Shown: positions 37,178 to 46,476 of the stretch, piece by piece
Layout: each line of letters opens with the position of its first letter
Numbering within the stretch: the first letter of the stretch is position 1
From: a virus
Lineage: Duplodnaviria > Caudoviricetes
IMG/VR virus record: IMGVR_UViG_3300015203_000010
Location: 1-54,037 of that record
Strand: one strand, 5' to 3'
DNA length: 54,037 nt
Program-made: the position numbers and the translations under genes
The notes under the pieces: generated by a model
Told to the model about the DNA's origin: nothing
The model's database searches: none
What the model saw: only the letters and a program-made list of their open reading frames with translations

Positions 37178-40148
37178 TAACAAATTCCTTATTGTTTTTG
37201 CAATTCTAAGTTACGGCTTATTTACAACGGCTGCTTCCGCCGATACGGCGGGATTGCTCCCGGCTGGTAAAATTCAATTTCTGGATTCAAATGGCAAGCC
37301 GCTTGTAGGTGGCAAGGTCTATTTTAAAATTCCTGCTACGGATGCTTTAAAAACGACTTGGCAAGACGCAGCCGAGACAATTCCAAATGCGAACCCGGTT
37401 ATTTTAGATTCAGCCGGTCGCGCGATCATATGGGGTTTCGGAAGTTATCGCCAGCAAGTTTATGACCGAAACTCAAATTTAATTTGGGACGTTGTTACAT
37501 CGTCTGCCGGTTCGGGCGGTGGAGGCGGCGGCACGGTAGTTGGAGACGCTAGTTATGTAGGTACGATATTGCCTTGGTCGTCTTTAGTTTTACCTACCAA
37601 TTATCTTTTTGCATTTGGTCAAGAAATAAGCCGTCTTACATATCCTGAATATTTTGCTGCTATAACTTCGATTCAAGCGGTTTCTTGTACTTCAAGTAGC
37701 CCTACTTTAAGCGGTCTTACTGATACAACTCAAATTCCAATCGGTGCGCCGGTCGAAGCATCTTGTATTGCTGCTGGCGCAACAGTTTTATCTAAAACAT
37801 CTTCTACAATTACCGTTAGTGTCAATGCCACTGTTTCTACAAGCGCATTGGCTACAATTTTTCCTTGGGGTAATGGCGACGGTTCTACTACATTCAATGT
37901 GCAAGATTTGCGTGGCCGTACTTTAGCTGGCCGCGACAACATGGGCGGCACAGCGGCTTCACGCTTGACAACGACCTATTTCGCTAACGCCAATGCTATT
38001 GGTGCGGCTGGTGGATCGCAAAGCCATCTTTTGACGGCTCTCGAAACGCCAGTATTAACTTCAACGTCTGTTGTGACCGATCCGGGGCATAACCACACTT
38101 ATGCCAATTCGCAAAATGCCGCTGGTGTTAGTGCTGGTGCTGGTTCGGCGGTATATCAGACACCGCAAATAACTTCCAATACATCAACTTCAACTACCGG
38201 CGTTACCGTTGCTACTACTACTAACGTAGGCGGCGGCGCTTCTCATTCCATCGTTCAACCTACAATTACAATAAACTATATTGTAAAGGTTAAATCAGAC
38301 AACGTATTAGCAACCGGCGCGATTGCTCTTTCTAATTTAGCATTACAAGCAAATAATACAGTTGTAGGCAATGTGTCCGGTGTTTCAAGCTCGCCAATTG
38401 CTTTAACAACTACTCAGTTAACAACACTTTGTAATTCATTTACTTCAACGCTATCCGGCTGTGTCCCTAGTAGCGGTGGCGGTACATCTAATTTTCTTAG
38501 AGCCGATGGAACATGGGCTGCGGCTGGTGGTGGCACGGGGTCTGTGACTGCCGTTGGTACTGGCAGCGGTTTAAACGGTGGCCCGATCACAACCACAGGA
38601 ACCATTACTTGTAATAATTTTGGCGCGGCGACAATTGGCTGTGTTCCGGCTTCCGGTGGCGGCTCTACCAATTTCTTAAGAGCCGATGGCACATGGGCTG
38701 CACCTACATTTTCTTCACAGTGGACAACAAGTGGTTCAAATATTTATTACAATACCGGCAAGGTCGGTATTGGGAATACTGCGCCAACAGCAACGCTTAC
38801 TGTTGGCCCTGTTTTTGGAAATACGGCAAACTCTGCAACATTTACTACAAATGCCGGTGCACTCGGCACGACTGCGGGAAATACGCTTCGCTTGGGAAGC
38901 CTGGGTTTTACTTCTACAAATGAAGAACATCTTGGCGTTATGGCTTATCGTACTACGAATGGTGCTACCTATGTGAGTACAGCAATAGGACTTGGCATTG
39001 ATGTAGATAGTACGGCGTTTGGCCCAACAAGCGGTCTTTGGTTATCATTTGGCGGCAATGTTGGCATTGGAACAGCAACCCCGGCTAGTTTACTCGATAT
39101 AGTTGGAGGCAACGTACAGACACTAATTTCTGCTGTTGGTGCTAACTCGGCAGCATTTACAGTTCCTGGTCAAGCTTCCAATATTCAAACCGACTCTGTT
39201 AACGGTCATACTCTGTACGGCATTTCATGCCCCGGCTGCACATACTACGCAGCCTTTTCGTCCACACTGAATGTTATAGCCGGGACCACAGTAACCTTGC
39301 CTGCTGGTATTGCGGCTTTTGTCAGCAATAAAGCAGAACGCTCAAATAGCGGAAACGGCACTAACGCGGTGGCACTGTTTGGGACTGTCTCTTGCGAAGT
39401 TGGGACCGGAACCTTTGGTTCCGGCTGTTGGGGAGTCAATACAGTAGTCACCGACAGCGCAACAGCTGCGCCGACAACATCAGGAATAAGATTATTAGAG
39501 AATGAATTTAGCTTCAATGTTTACAACGGAGGTACAATAGTAAGAGGCATTAACGTAGTTGGCCAATTTACAGTATCGACGCCTAATTCATACGCTTTCT
39601 TGTGCGATAGTAACGCCTCTTTTCCGTGGAGCTACTGCTTAAGAAGCCAAGACGGCGCGGTAACAACGGCGGCATCAATAGGCACGCAAACTACAACAGC
39701 CTATTCAAGCGGCCAATTCATTGAACTTGACTATCGCGACGGTTCAAACGTTGTAAAAAAGCCACAACTTTATATGCAGGCAAACGTGGGGAGTAGTGCC
39801 GCATTGACGTTAACTAAGGCTCACTTTGTAGTTGGAGAGGGTTTCATACAAGGAGTCCACCTAGGCGGAATCAATACAGGCGGCGTCTTACCTACTGTTA
39901 CAAGCTGTGGGGGCGGTTCTCCTACCATATCAGGGACAGACGTAGCGGGTATTGTAGCTGCTGGAACTGGTGCGATAACAAGTTGCACAGTGCATTTTGC
40001 TTTCCCCTATATCGCGCAGCCGTATTGCACAGTTAGCCCCGTGTCTGCTTCTCCCGTAACTCAAATTGGCATAACCACAACCGACCTTGTAATTGCATTC
40101 TCGTCGTTTACGTCTGCAATATTCTCTTACATTTGTATGGGTACATAA
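37164..40148 (+). CDS. tail fibre with signal peptide, virion-anchor domain and tail-collar domain
   Basis: MTKFINKFLIVFAIL...AASA|DT; QFLD.NGKPL.GGKVYF/NPVILDSAGRA anchor; collar motifs GQEISR.TYPE and GDGSTTFN..DLRGR; G.VGIG repeats; 16 Cys. Confidence 0.85.
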   Translation: MTKFINKFLIVFAILSYGLFTTAASADTAGLLPAGKIQFLDSNGKPLVGGKVYFKIPATDALKTTWQDAAETIPNANPVILDSAGRAIIWGFGSYRQQVYDRNSNLIWDVVTSSAGSGGGGGGTVVGDASYVGTILPWSSLVLPTNYLFAFGQEISRLTYPEYFAAITSIQAVSCTSSSPTLSGLTDTTQIPIGAPVEASCIAAGATVLSKTSSTITVSVNATVSTSALATIFPWGNGDGSTTFNVQDLRGRTLAGRDNMGGTAASRLTTTYFANANAIGAAGGSQSHLLTALETPVLTSTSVVTDPGHNHTYANSQNAAGVSAGAGSAVYQTPQITSNTSTSTTGVTVATTTNVGGGASHSIVQPTITINYIVKVKSDNVLATGAIALSNLALQANNTVVGNVSGVSSSPIALTTTQLTTLCNSFTSTLSGCVPSSGGGTSNFLRADGTWAAAGGGTGSVTAVGTGSGLNGGPITTTGTITCNNFGAATIGCVPASGGGSTNFLRADGTWAAPTFSSQWTTSGSNIYYNTGKVGIGNTAPTATLTVGPVFGNTANSATFTTNAGALGTTAGNTLRLGSLGFTSTNEEHLGVMAYRTTNGATYVSTAIGLGIDVDSTAFGPTSGLWLSFGGNVGIGTATPASLLDIVGGNVQTLISAVGANSAAFTVPGQASNIQTDSVNGHTLYGISCPGCTYYAAFSSTLNVIAGTTVTLPAGIAAFVSNKAERSNSGNGTNAVALFGTVSCEVGTGTFGSGCWGVNTVVTDSATAAPTTSGIRLLENEFSFNVYNGGTIVRGINVVGQFTVSTPNSYAFLCDSNASFPWSYCLRSQDGAVTTAASIGTQTTTAYSSGQFIELDYRDGSNVVKKPQLYMQANVGSSAALTLTKAHFVVGEGFIQGVHLGGINTGGVLPTVTSCGGGSPTISGTDVAGIVAAGTGAITSCTVHFAFPYIAQPYCTVSPVSASPVTQIGITTTDLVIAFSSFTSAIFSYICMGT

Positions 40149-40738
40149 TGAATCCAAATGTAATTGATATTTCGCATTGGAATACCGTGCGTGATTTTGC
40201 AGCGTTGAAAGCTGCCGGAATCTTAGGAGTTATTTTAAAATGCACGCAAGGGACTAACTACGTTGATCCTACTTACGTTGCTCGTCGAAAATTAATAACA
40301 GACGCAGGTTTGTTATTCGGAGCCTACACATTCAACACAGGTGAAAATGTTAAAGCGCAAGTAGAGCAATTCTTTTCACATGCAGAACCGGATGATAATA
40401 CGTTAATGGCGCTTGATTTTGAAGATAATCCACATAGTCAAATGTCATTAGATCAAGCTCGACTATTCTTGCAATTGGCCGATGCTCGCCTTGGTAGAAA
40501 ATTGGTTCTTTACAGTGGCAATCGAATTAAAGATATGCTAGGAAATCATGCGGACGCATTTTTTGGTTCGCACAAGCTTTGGCTCGCCCAATACGGACCC
40601 GTTGCTAAAACTCAGCCTAGTTGGCTAACTCCTTTCCTCTGGCAATATAGCGAAAACGGTCAATTACCTGGAACTGATGGCAAGATTGATTTAAATTATT
40701 ACGCTGGCACTAATTTAAAATCTGAATGGGTTTCTTAG
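40148..40738 (+). CDS. endolysin, GH25 muramidase
   Basis: IDISHW, KCTQG..YVD, ALDFE, LWLAQY, WQYS, IDLN. Confidence 0.92.
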   Translation: MNPNVIDISHWNTVRDFAALKAAGILGVILKCTQGTNYVDPTYVARRKLITDAGLLFGAYTFNTGENVKAQVEQFFSHAEPDDNTLMALDFEDNPHSQMSLDQARLFLQLADARLGRKLVLYSGNRIKDMLGNHADAFFGSHKLWLAQYGPVAKTQPSWLTPFLWQYSENGQLPGTDGKIDLNYYAGTNLKSEWVS

Positions 40739-40754
40739 AACAAAGGAATTTAAA

Positions 40755-41108
40755 GTGAATAATGCACAAAAACTTGCGCTTGCTATTGGTATTCTCGGCT
40801 TTCTTGCCGGTGGTGGTACACAGCTAACCGATATTTTTGCACCCTTTGGAAGCGCAGCCCCGTTGATTGTAAAAGAAATTGTGAGCGTGTCGGGCTTTGC
40901 GTCCGGCATTATGGGCGTTATTCTAGCGTTTATTACTGGCGGACGTTCGCAGATTCAAGCCGTTGTTGAAATGGCTAAGGATGAAAATAGTCCGGTGCAG
41001 GGTATTATCACTTCGGCCACTACCGAAGGTAAATCGCTTGCTGCAAGCATTCCCGGCCCGATTGTCACAGCCGGTAGCGCCGCAGCTACAGAACTTAGCA
41101 AACCATAA
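40755..41108 (+). CDS. putative holin
   Basis: two hydrophobic segments, follows endolysin, AAGGA RBS. Confidence 0.55.
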   Translation: MNNAQKLALAIGILGFLAGGGTQLTDIFAPFGSAAPLIVKEIVSVSGFASGIMGVILAFITGGRSQIQAVVEMAKDENSPVQGIITSATTEGKSLAASIPGPIVTAGSAAATELSKP

Positions 41109-41118
41109 GGAATATGAA

Positions 41119-41490
41119 ATGAAACGTCTCCTACCTATTATTTTTGCTTTTGCGCTTGCAGGCTGTACAGCGGTTAACCCGCTTGCAAGCGTTACTAATC
41201 CGGTAAACACTACCAATCTTTATCAAGGTGAATTGGTGTTCGACGCTACGCTAAAGACGTTCAACGAATTGAAAGGGCTTTGCGTCTCGCGCGTTCTGCC
41301 TTCGAAGTGCCGGACCTACGTGGTTCAGGGCCAAGGCTATATCCGTAAAGCTTACGCCGCTGATATTGCCGCACGCAAGTTTGTCACTAATAATCCTACG
41401 CTTGACGCTACTAACGTAGTGCAGGCTTTTGTCGGTATTGTTTCTAATTTTAAATCGACTGTTGACAGTCTCAGCGCAACAAAAGGTTAA
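41119..41490 (+). CDS. lipoprotein (spanin-like candidate)
   Basis: MKRLLPIIFAFALAG|C lipobox; AAGGA RBS supports start 41119. Confidence 0.75.
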   Translation: MKRLLPIIFAFALAGCTAVNPLASVTNPVNTTNLYQGELVFDATLKTFNELKGLCVSRVLPSKCRTYVVQGQGYIRKAYAADIAARKFVTNNPTLDATNVVQAFVGIVSNFKSTVDSLSATKG

Positions 41491-41493
41491 CAC

Positions 41494-41730
41494 ATGAATA
41501 TTTCAGGAATTATTGCACTACTGCAAACCATCGTTACAAGTTTGCCCGGTGCCATCACTACCGTAACTCAGTTGGTGGATTTGGGAACAAAGTTTTTTGA
41601 AACTGTCAACGGTCGCGCGCCGACTGCCGACGAAATTGCGGAATTGGAAAAGTCGATTGACGCTGATGTTATTATTGCTTTGTCGTCATTGCCCGATCCG
41701 CAAGTTGGCGATCCTGATTACCCTAAATGA
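41494..41730 (+). CDS. hypothetical protein, lysis region
   Basis: amphipathic N-terminus; R.PT.DE..EL motif. Confidence 0.6.
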   Translation: MNISGIIALLQTIVTSLPGAITTVTQLVDLGTKFFETVNGRAPTADEIAELEKSIDADVIIALSSLPDPQVGDPDYPK

Positions 41731-41963
41731 CCGGAGGGGAGTTTGCACAACTAACAACGGCTATCGGGGTAGTAATTACCTCGTTAGCCTCTTTAGCAGC
41801 AACGCTAAGCTCATTGCATAACGGTAGAAAAATTGAGCAAGTACACCTTGCCACTAATTCATTACAAGATAAGCTGGTAACTGCTACCGCCGTAGCTTCT
41901 AAGGCCGAAGGTAAAGCGGAAGGCGTCGAATTAGGACGCGCTCAAATGACCGATAGGACATAA
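41727..41963 (+). CDS. membrane protein (holin-like)
   Basis: N-terminal TM then KIEQVH.ATNS. Confidence 0.6.
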   Translation: MTGGEFAQLTTAIGVVITSLASLAATLSSLHNGRKIEQVHLATNSLQDKLVTATAVASKAEGKAEGVELGRAQMTDRT

Positions 41964-41967
41964 CGCT

Positions 41968-42135
41968 ATGCTTGGCACAATTTTAATTATTCTACTCATT
42001 CTTGTTTTGCTAGGTGGCGTTGGCCCTTGGTCGCCCGGTGGCGGTCCTGGTTATGGCTACGGTCACGGTCTTAACGGCGGTCTAGGACTTGTTCTAGTAA
42101 TTATCGTTGTGCTTGTTCTTTTAGGTCGATTCTAA
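41968..42135 (+). CDS. DUF3309-like small membrane protein (not in ORF track)
   Basis: MLGTILIILLILVLLGG...GYGYG...GGLGLVLVIIVVLVLLGRF. Confidence 0.8.
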   Translation: MLGTILIILLILVLLGGVGPWSPGGGPGYGYGHGLNGGLGLVLVIIVVLVLLGRF

Positions 42136-42148
42136 GATTGGAATTAAA

Positions 42149-42454
42149 GTGATTGACCTAACAATAACTGTAGGTAACATTATAGAAATTAGCACCATCG
42201 CTATTGGTGGAATTTATGCTTTCGTCAATGTTAAAAACAGTGTTGCTAATTTTGCTAACGATTTAACTAGAATGCAAATAGACTTTACCGATATGAAAGT
42301 TGAGATTAGAAAAGTCAGTGACGTATTGATTAGAATGGCTGTTGCTGATACAAGGCTTACCGGACTTGAACAAGACATACGCGAAATGAAACACGGTAAA
42401 GGATTTGTTCAAGACATTAACGGCGAATATTCACGTCAAGAAAAACTTAGGTAG
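42149..42454 (+). CDS. membrane-anchored coiled-coil protein
   Basis: N-terminal TM then heptads. Confidence 0.6.
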   Translation: MIDLTITVGNIIEISTIAIGGIYAFVNVKNSVANFANDLTRMQIDFTDMKVEIRKVSDVLIRMAVADTRLTGLEQDIREMKHGKGFVQDINGEYSRQEKLR

Positions 42455-42499
42455 AAAGGACTACGAAAACACACCGAAACAACAACCCAAAGGAACACC

Positions 42500-43027
42500 A
42501 TGCGAGCACTTCACATGGCGGCGATTTTCGTTGCCGTTTCCCTGCCAATCGTAGCCTCTACCGCAGAAGCTAAAACAAGACACCACAGCTACCACCACGT
42601 CGCTACCAGGGCTTACAGCCCCGCTCAGCCATGTGTTTCAGACAATAGCGGGCGTCAATCATGCCAAGTGACTCAGGAAACGCACCAGCGGTCACGGCAA
42701 AGAGTTTCTGACAACGCCGAAATGATTCCGCACCCTGCGGGATGCCCTAGTACGGCTTTCTGTGCCTGTGGGGCGTCCGTCAGGGTGTTTGGTCACTCTG
42801 TACGCTCGCTATGGCCTGCAAGCGCGTGGTATCGCTTCCCGCGTACATCGCCAGCGCCGGAAATGGTGGCGGTTCGCTCGCATCACGTCTTTGTGCTAGA
42901 AAGCCAAGTGAGCGGCAATGAATGGCTAGTGATCGATTACAATTCAGGCGGTCATCAATCGCGTCGGCATGTGCGAAACATTGCAGGCTACGCGATAGTT
43001 AATCCACATGCTTCGGCTAGTTTGTGA
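42500..43027 (+). CDS. secreted CHAP/NlpC-like protein
   Basis: signal ...AEA|K; FCACG, A..W..FP, HHVF, D.NSG arrangement resembles a CHAP Cys/His fold. Confidence 0.55.
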   Translation: MRALHMAAIFVAVSLPIVASTAEAKTRHHSYHHVATRAYSPAQPCVSDNSGRQSCQVTQETHQRSRQRVSDNAEMIPHPAGCPSTAFCACGASVRVFGHSVRSLWPASAWYRFPRTSPAPEMVAVRSHHVFVLESQVSGNEWLVIDYNSGGHQSRRHVRNIAGYAIVNPHASASL

Positions 43028-43220
43028 AATATTGAACAAAAAACCAAACTGCTGCTAAAATTGCAATCGTTAAAAGAGGTATCGGCCAAAAAGCAGGTGC
43101 CTCTTTTTTCGCTATGTCTGTTAATGATGTAGAAGTTTCACCGCAACAATTACATACCCACACTATTCCGTGTGGAGTGTCTGTAATATTAAAGCTACAA
43201 CCGTCGAAGTAGCAGGACAT
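43017..43220 (-). CDS. hypothetical Cys-rich membrane protein
   Basis: GGAG RBS on - strand, C-terminal TM. Confidence 0.55.
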   Translation of the reverse strand: MSCYFDGCSFNITDTPHGIVWVCNCCGETSTSLTDIAKKEAPAFWPIPLLTIAILAAVWFFVQYFTN

Positions 43221-43228
43221 TTCAACTC

Positions 43229-45157
43229 CTAAAAGAAAACCACCTGTTTCGACTTTGCGTAGTAGCCTACATCCTCTAACATTTCGTTAGCACGCTGTAT
43301 ATACCAATCAAAGTTAATGTTTGTGGGGAACTCGTCAGGAAGGTCCATAAGCGGTGTAGCGGTATCGGTATTAGCTACCTTGTTGCCAGTTAAAATATAA
43401 TTAATTGTCCCAATACCTTCCTTTAGATAAATCCAGCGGATCACCTTACCTAAATAGTTACCGTCTTTATGCGCTCCACCTTTTACATTTCTTATCTCTA
43501 CAAATCGCGTAATATCCTGGCATTCTCTAATTGTTTTTTCTACTGGAATATTTTTACTGAGTAAAAGCTTAACAGCATCGGAGCAAATCAGCGTAGCGCA
43601 ATTAGTATCTAGCTGAGTGCCGCTCTGTGAGCCGACTTCCGCGTAAGTACCTTTGACTTTAACGCTATCATCTAGTTTCAACGCAAAATACGAATTTACG
43701 TCTTTGGCGTAGTATGCTTTATAGCGAGTTTCTTCCGTGTTGAATTTGGTTTCTTGCTCCCAAAATTTAATTATTTGCTCTAGCTTTTTGTAGTCTAATT
43801 TTTTGCAATAAATAACAATGCCGTCTGTGTTGCCTGATATAACCTTAATCCCGTTGGTGACAAGAAGCTCAGTCAACATAAGAATTGAAAACTGGCCTGT
43901 GAGCGTCATTTGAATATAAGATTTTGGCGAATAGAGACGGCTATCTTTTTGATTTAACTTTCCGCTCGCGCCATTGATAAAGATTTTTAAGCCTTTATCG
44001 TAAGTAAATTGTTTATTGCGCTTGGCTGCGACACGTTCGGCTTTGAAGCCTCCATAAATATCTAAGAACATAGGCCCGATTGATTCAGGATACAAACCTA
44101 AAGTTAAAAGAATATCTGGATAGTATGCAGTAACGTCCCGGTCAACAATTAAATTTTCGTCGTCTGCTTTGTAAGCAATACATTTTTCGCAGCTATGCAA
44201 TCCACCAATGCCAAACGAAAATACAAGGTCACCCACATTAACAGTTCGTTGATTTAGTGTTGCAGGCCGATCAATGCCTCCTACTTCATTTACAACAAAA
44301 GCTGATTCTTTTATGTCGGCTAGTAGCTGCTGTAAAACAGGTGTTGTATATTTGATATAGCTCGGCACATCATAATTAAATGAATAACCTTCTTTAATAT
44401 TTGATTTTTTAGGATATTTTCCGGTTCTATTCATAATCTCTTTGCAGATAATGGCTTCTGCAATTTGCGGATCGGACTTACTCATTACATCTTCTTTGTA
44501 ACGAGCGGAAATATCAGCGCGGAGTGCCAGTCGCTCTTTCATGAAGTCAAACAACAACTCCGTTGTATCCAAATCATTAATGCAATAATCCTGCGTAACA
44601 GGAATTTGCCAATCCTCTAGCGAATTATTACCACCCCAAGGCACATCTTGAATACGCTTGGCGTGAAGCCTCGCGCCGTAAAGCTTTAAACTTCCGCGTA
44701 ACGGAGCTACCTCGATTAAGTCTATTGTGGCCGTAGGATGAATTGTAAAATTAAATTCTTTTTGTAATTCCTTATACCACATTCCATTGATTAGCGCATT
44801 GGAAGCTTCTTTCAAAACTCTTGTGTCTTGCGTAACGTATGAAAGCCAAAGCAAAGGTAAATCATATTTCAAGCTATTGAATCCCACACAAGTATAATTG
44901 TGCATAATCCAGGAAAGCTTGAATTGGTTAAATGGCGGAATAAAAAGAATTATCTTTTTTGTTTTAGTGTCTTTGAAAGCGATCAAGAAATAATTCTTGA
45001 AGCACTCGCTATCAAAAATAAGAATACCGCCAGCGCCAGCAGCTATTTCCTCGTCAGACATTAAGCTAAAAGGAATAGGCTCGCGTGGCCGATAAGGTAA
45101 AAGCTTTACGCTCTTATCAGCAGAAATAATTATTTGATTTTCGTCATTTAAAAGCAT
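43229..45157 (-). CDS. DNA polymerase, family B-like
   Basis: exo DSEC, FNSLKYD, YCIND; pol DVTAYYP, KIFINGASGK, NTDGI. Confidence 0.9.
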   Translation of the reverse strand: MLLNDENQIIISADKSVKLLPYRPREPIPFSLMSDEEIAAGAGGILIFDSECFKNYFLIAFKDTKTKKIILFIPPFNQFKLSWIMHNYTCVGFNSLKYDLPLLWLSYVTQDTRVLKEASNALINGMWYKELQKEFNFTIHPTATIDLIEVAPLRGSLKLYGARLHAKRIQDVPWGGNNSLEDWQIPVTQDYCINDLDTTELLFDFMKERLALRADISARYKEDVMSKSDPQIAEAIICKEIMNRTGKYPKKSNIKEGYSFNYDVPSYIKYTTPVLQQLLADIKESAFVVNEVGGIDRPATLNQRTVNVGDLVFSFGIGGLHSCEKCIAYKADDENLIVDRDVTAYYPDILLTLGLYPESIGPMFLDIYGGFKAERVAAKRNKQFTYDKGLKIFINGASGKLNQKDSRLYSPKSYIQMTLTGQFSILMLTELLVTNGIKVISGNTDGIVIYCKKLDYKKLEQIIKFWEQETKFNTEETRYKAYYAKDVNSYFALKLDDSVKVKGTYAEVGSQSGTQLDTNCATLICSDAVKLLLSKNIPVEKTIRECQDITRFVEIRNVKGGAHKDGNYLGKVIRWIYLKEGIGTINYILTGNKVANTDTATPLMDLPDEFPTNINFDWYIQRANEMLEDVGYYAKSKQVVFF

Positions 45158-45271
45158 TTGTTGAGATTAGAGAGTGGCCTATTCCTTGCGGGAAGCGCGG
45201 TCCCGGTTTGCGCGCTTCCCAAGTTGCCGATCCAGTCTCCGGGCGGCCAGAAACCTTATAAAGCACATTCA

Positions 45272-45302
45272 ATTTGACTTGTCAAATACCCTGTGCTATC
45301 AA
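45272..45302 (+). promoter_or_regulatory. promoter with palindrome over the -35
   Basis: ATTTGAC-TT-GTCAAAT palindrome; TTGACT-17-TATCAA just before ATG 45311. Confidence 0.5.
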
Positions 45303-45310
45303 TATTCGGA

Positions 45311-45862
45311 ATGCCGGACATTAGAAGCTTCAAAAACCCCTTTCCGCCGTCCTACGGCGACTCGTGGCAGGCCGAGCGCCTGACGGGCGAGGTCTACACC
45401 GATTGGGACGCACTACTGCGCTCAATGCGTCCCGGCTCGATTGTCGAAGTCGCGGAAGGGTTTTTGCTGGCACCTGTGACCGGCAAGCCGTCGCGGCGAC
45501 GGGACGCGCTGCTGGAACGGATCGAACAGGTGAAGGCCCGCAAGGGAGTTTTGCACGAAGTTTCCACAGGCCACAGGTCGAACAATCGCGGCGAATGTAA
45601 CCGGATGCTGTTGCGGGCGTTTGAAATGATTGCCACATCGGGCAGGGGTCGGAAGTCGGCGGCGAACGGGCGCATGTCAAAGAACGGCGGCAGACCGACG
45701 CACATAGACAAGCTGACGCCGGAACAAAAGGGCGCGGTCGAAAAGATTTGGGGCGCACGGAAATATAAGACAGCCGAGCAGGCACTAGCCGCGATACATG
45801 CTCTAGGCTTGAAGTGGATCAAACGCGGTTGGATGTACACGCATTTCGGAAAGCGTGACTAA
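45311..45862 (+). CDS. degenerate serine-resolvase-like protein with C-terminal HTH
   Basis: LLRSMRPGSIVEV...RIEQVKARKGVL resembles resolvase core; GGRP linker then HTH-like tail; RVS and DRL.R motifs absent. Confidence 0.5.
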   Translation: MPDIRSFKNPFPPSYGDSWQAERLTGEVYTDWDALLRSMRPGSIVEVAEGFLLAPVTGKPSRRRDALLERIEQVKARKGVLHEVSTGHRSNNRGECNRMLLRAFEMIATSGRGRKSAANGRMSKNGGRPTHIDKLTPEQKGAVEKIWGARKYKTAEQALAAIHALGLKWIKRGWMYTHFGKRD

Positions 45863-46091
45863 CAGAGCAGGAGCGACCGTGCATTTCAGTGATGTCGTTC
45901 CGGTGTGGAAGATGCCGCCACATCCTGGAGAAAAATGGCGAAGCCGCAAGCCTTACGAGACGCGGCATGTCGTTGATCGAACCTTTGGTGGTGATGTCGT
46001 CTACCGCTATGGTCGGTCGCTGTACAACGCCTCCTGCTCCCTAGCCGAATGGTTCGACTGGGAGCGGACGGCAAAGATGTTGAAGAATTAG
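45855..46091 (+). CDS. hypothetical protein
   Basis: island ORF; alternative GTG at 45879 after AGGAG. Confidence 0.55.
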   Translation: MTNRAGATVHFSDVVPVWKMPPHPGEKWRSRKPYETRHVVDRTFGGDVVYRYGRSLYNASCSLAEWFDWERTAKMLKN

Positions 46092-46101
46092 GAGCGCGAC
46101 G

Positions 46102-46287
46102 ATGGTCTGCCTTGAAGATGTGGTCCGTAAGATGATTGCCGCTAACCCCGACAAGGTTGCGCAGACAAAGACGCGCCCGGCGACGATGGTAAATTGGTGG
46201 GTGGGTCGCGTGATGAAAGAAACCGATGGCGCGTTTTCGAGTGCCGCCGTTCGCCTGACGGTCTACGAAGAACTATTCACTCGTTGA
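46102..46287 (+). CDS. stand-alone GatB C-terminal (GatB/YqeY) domain protein
   Basis: IAANPDKVAQ.K......WWVGRVMKET.G.....AV resembles GatB tail; AGGAG RBS. Confidence 0.75.
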   Translation: MVCLEDVVRKMIAANPDKVAQTKTRPATMVNWWVGRVMKETDGAFSSAAVRLTVYEELFTR

Positions 46288-46305
46288 ATGTAGAGGAGCG
46301 CGGAG

Positions 46306-46476
46306 ATGGACCTAGACAAAGTGGAACGCCAGCTTAAGGCCACACTGCGCAAAGACCAGTGGGACAAATGGTATGCCGCGCTGCCAGAAGATTTGCGTGC
46401 AAAACTATCTATTCACGACTTCAAGCGCCTTGGCGACAGCTTCAAGGCCGCTTTCGATATTGACGGCAAGAGTTGA
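46306..46476 (+). CDS. hypothetical protein (56 aa, not in ORF track)
   Basis: GAGGAG RBS; MDLDKVERQLKATLRKDQWDKWY... Confidence 0.6.
   Translation: MDLDKVERQLKATLRKDQWDKWYAALPEDLRAKLSIHDFKRLGDSFKAAFDIDGKS

Noticed and set aside
40963-41118. N-terminal extension of the lipoprotein as a nested spanin
   Set aside because: RBS and lipobox point to the start at 41119; the extension is an off-frame overlap of the holin-like gene
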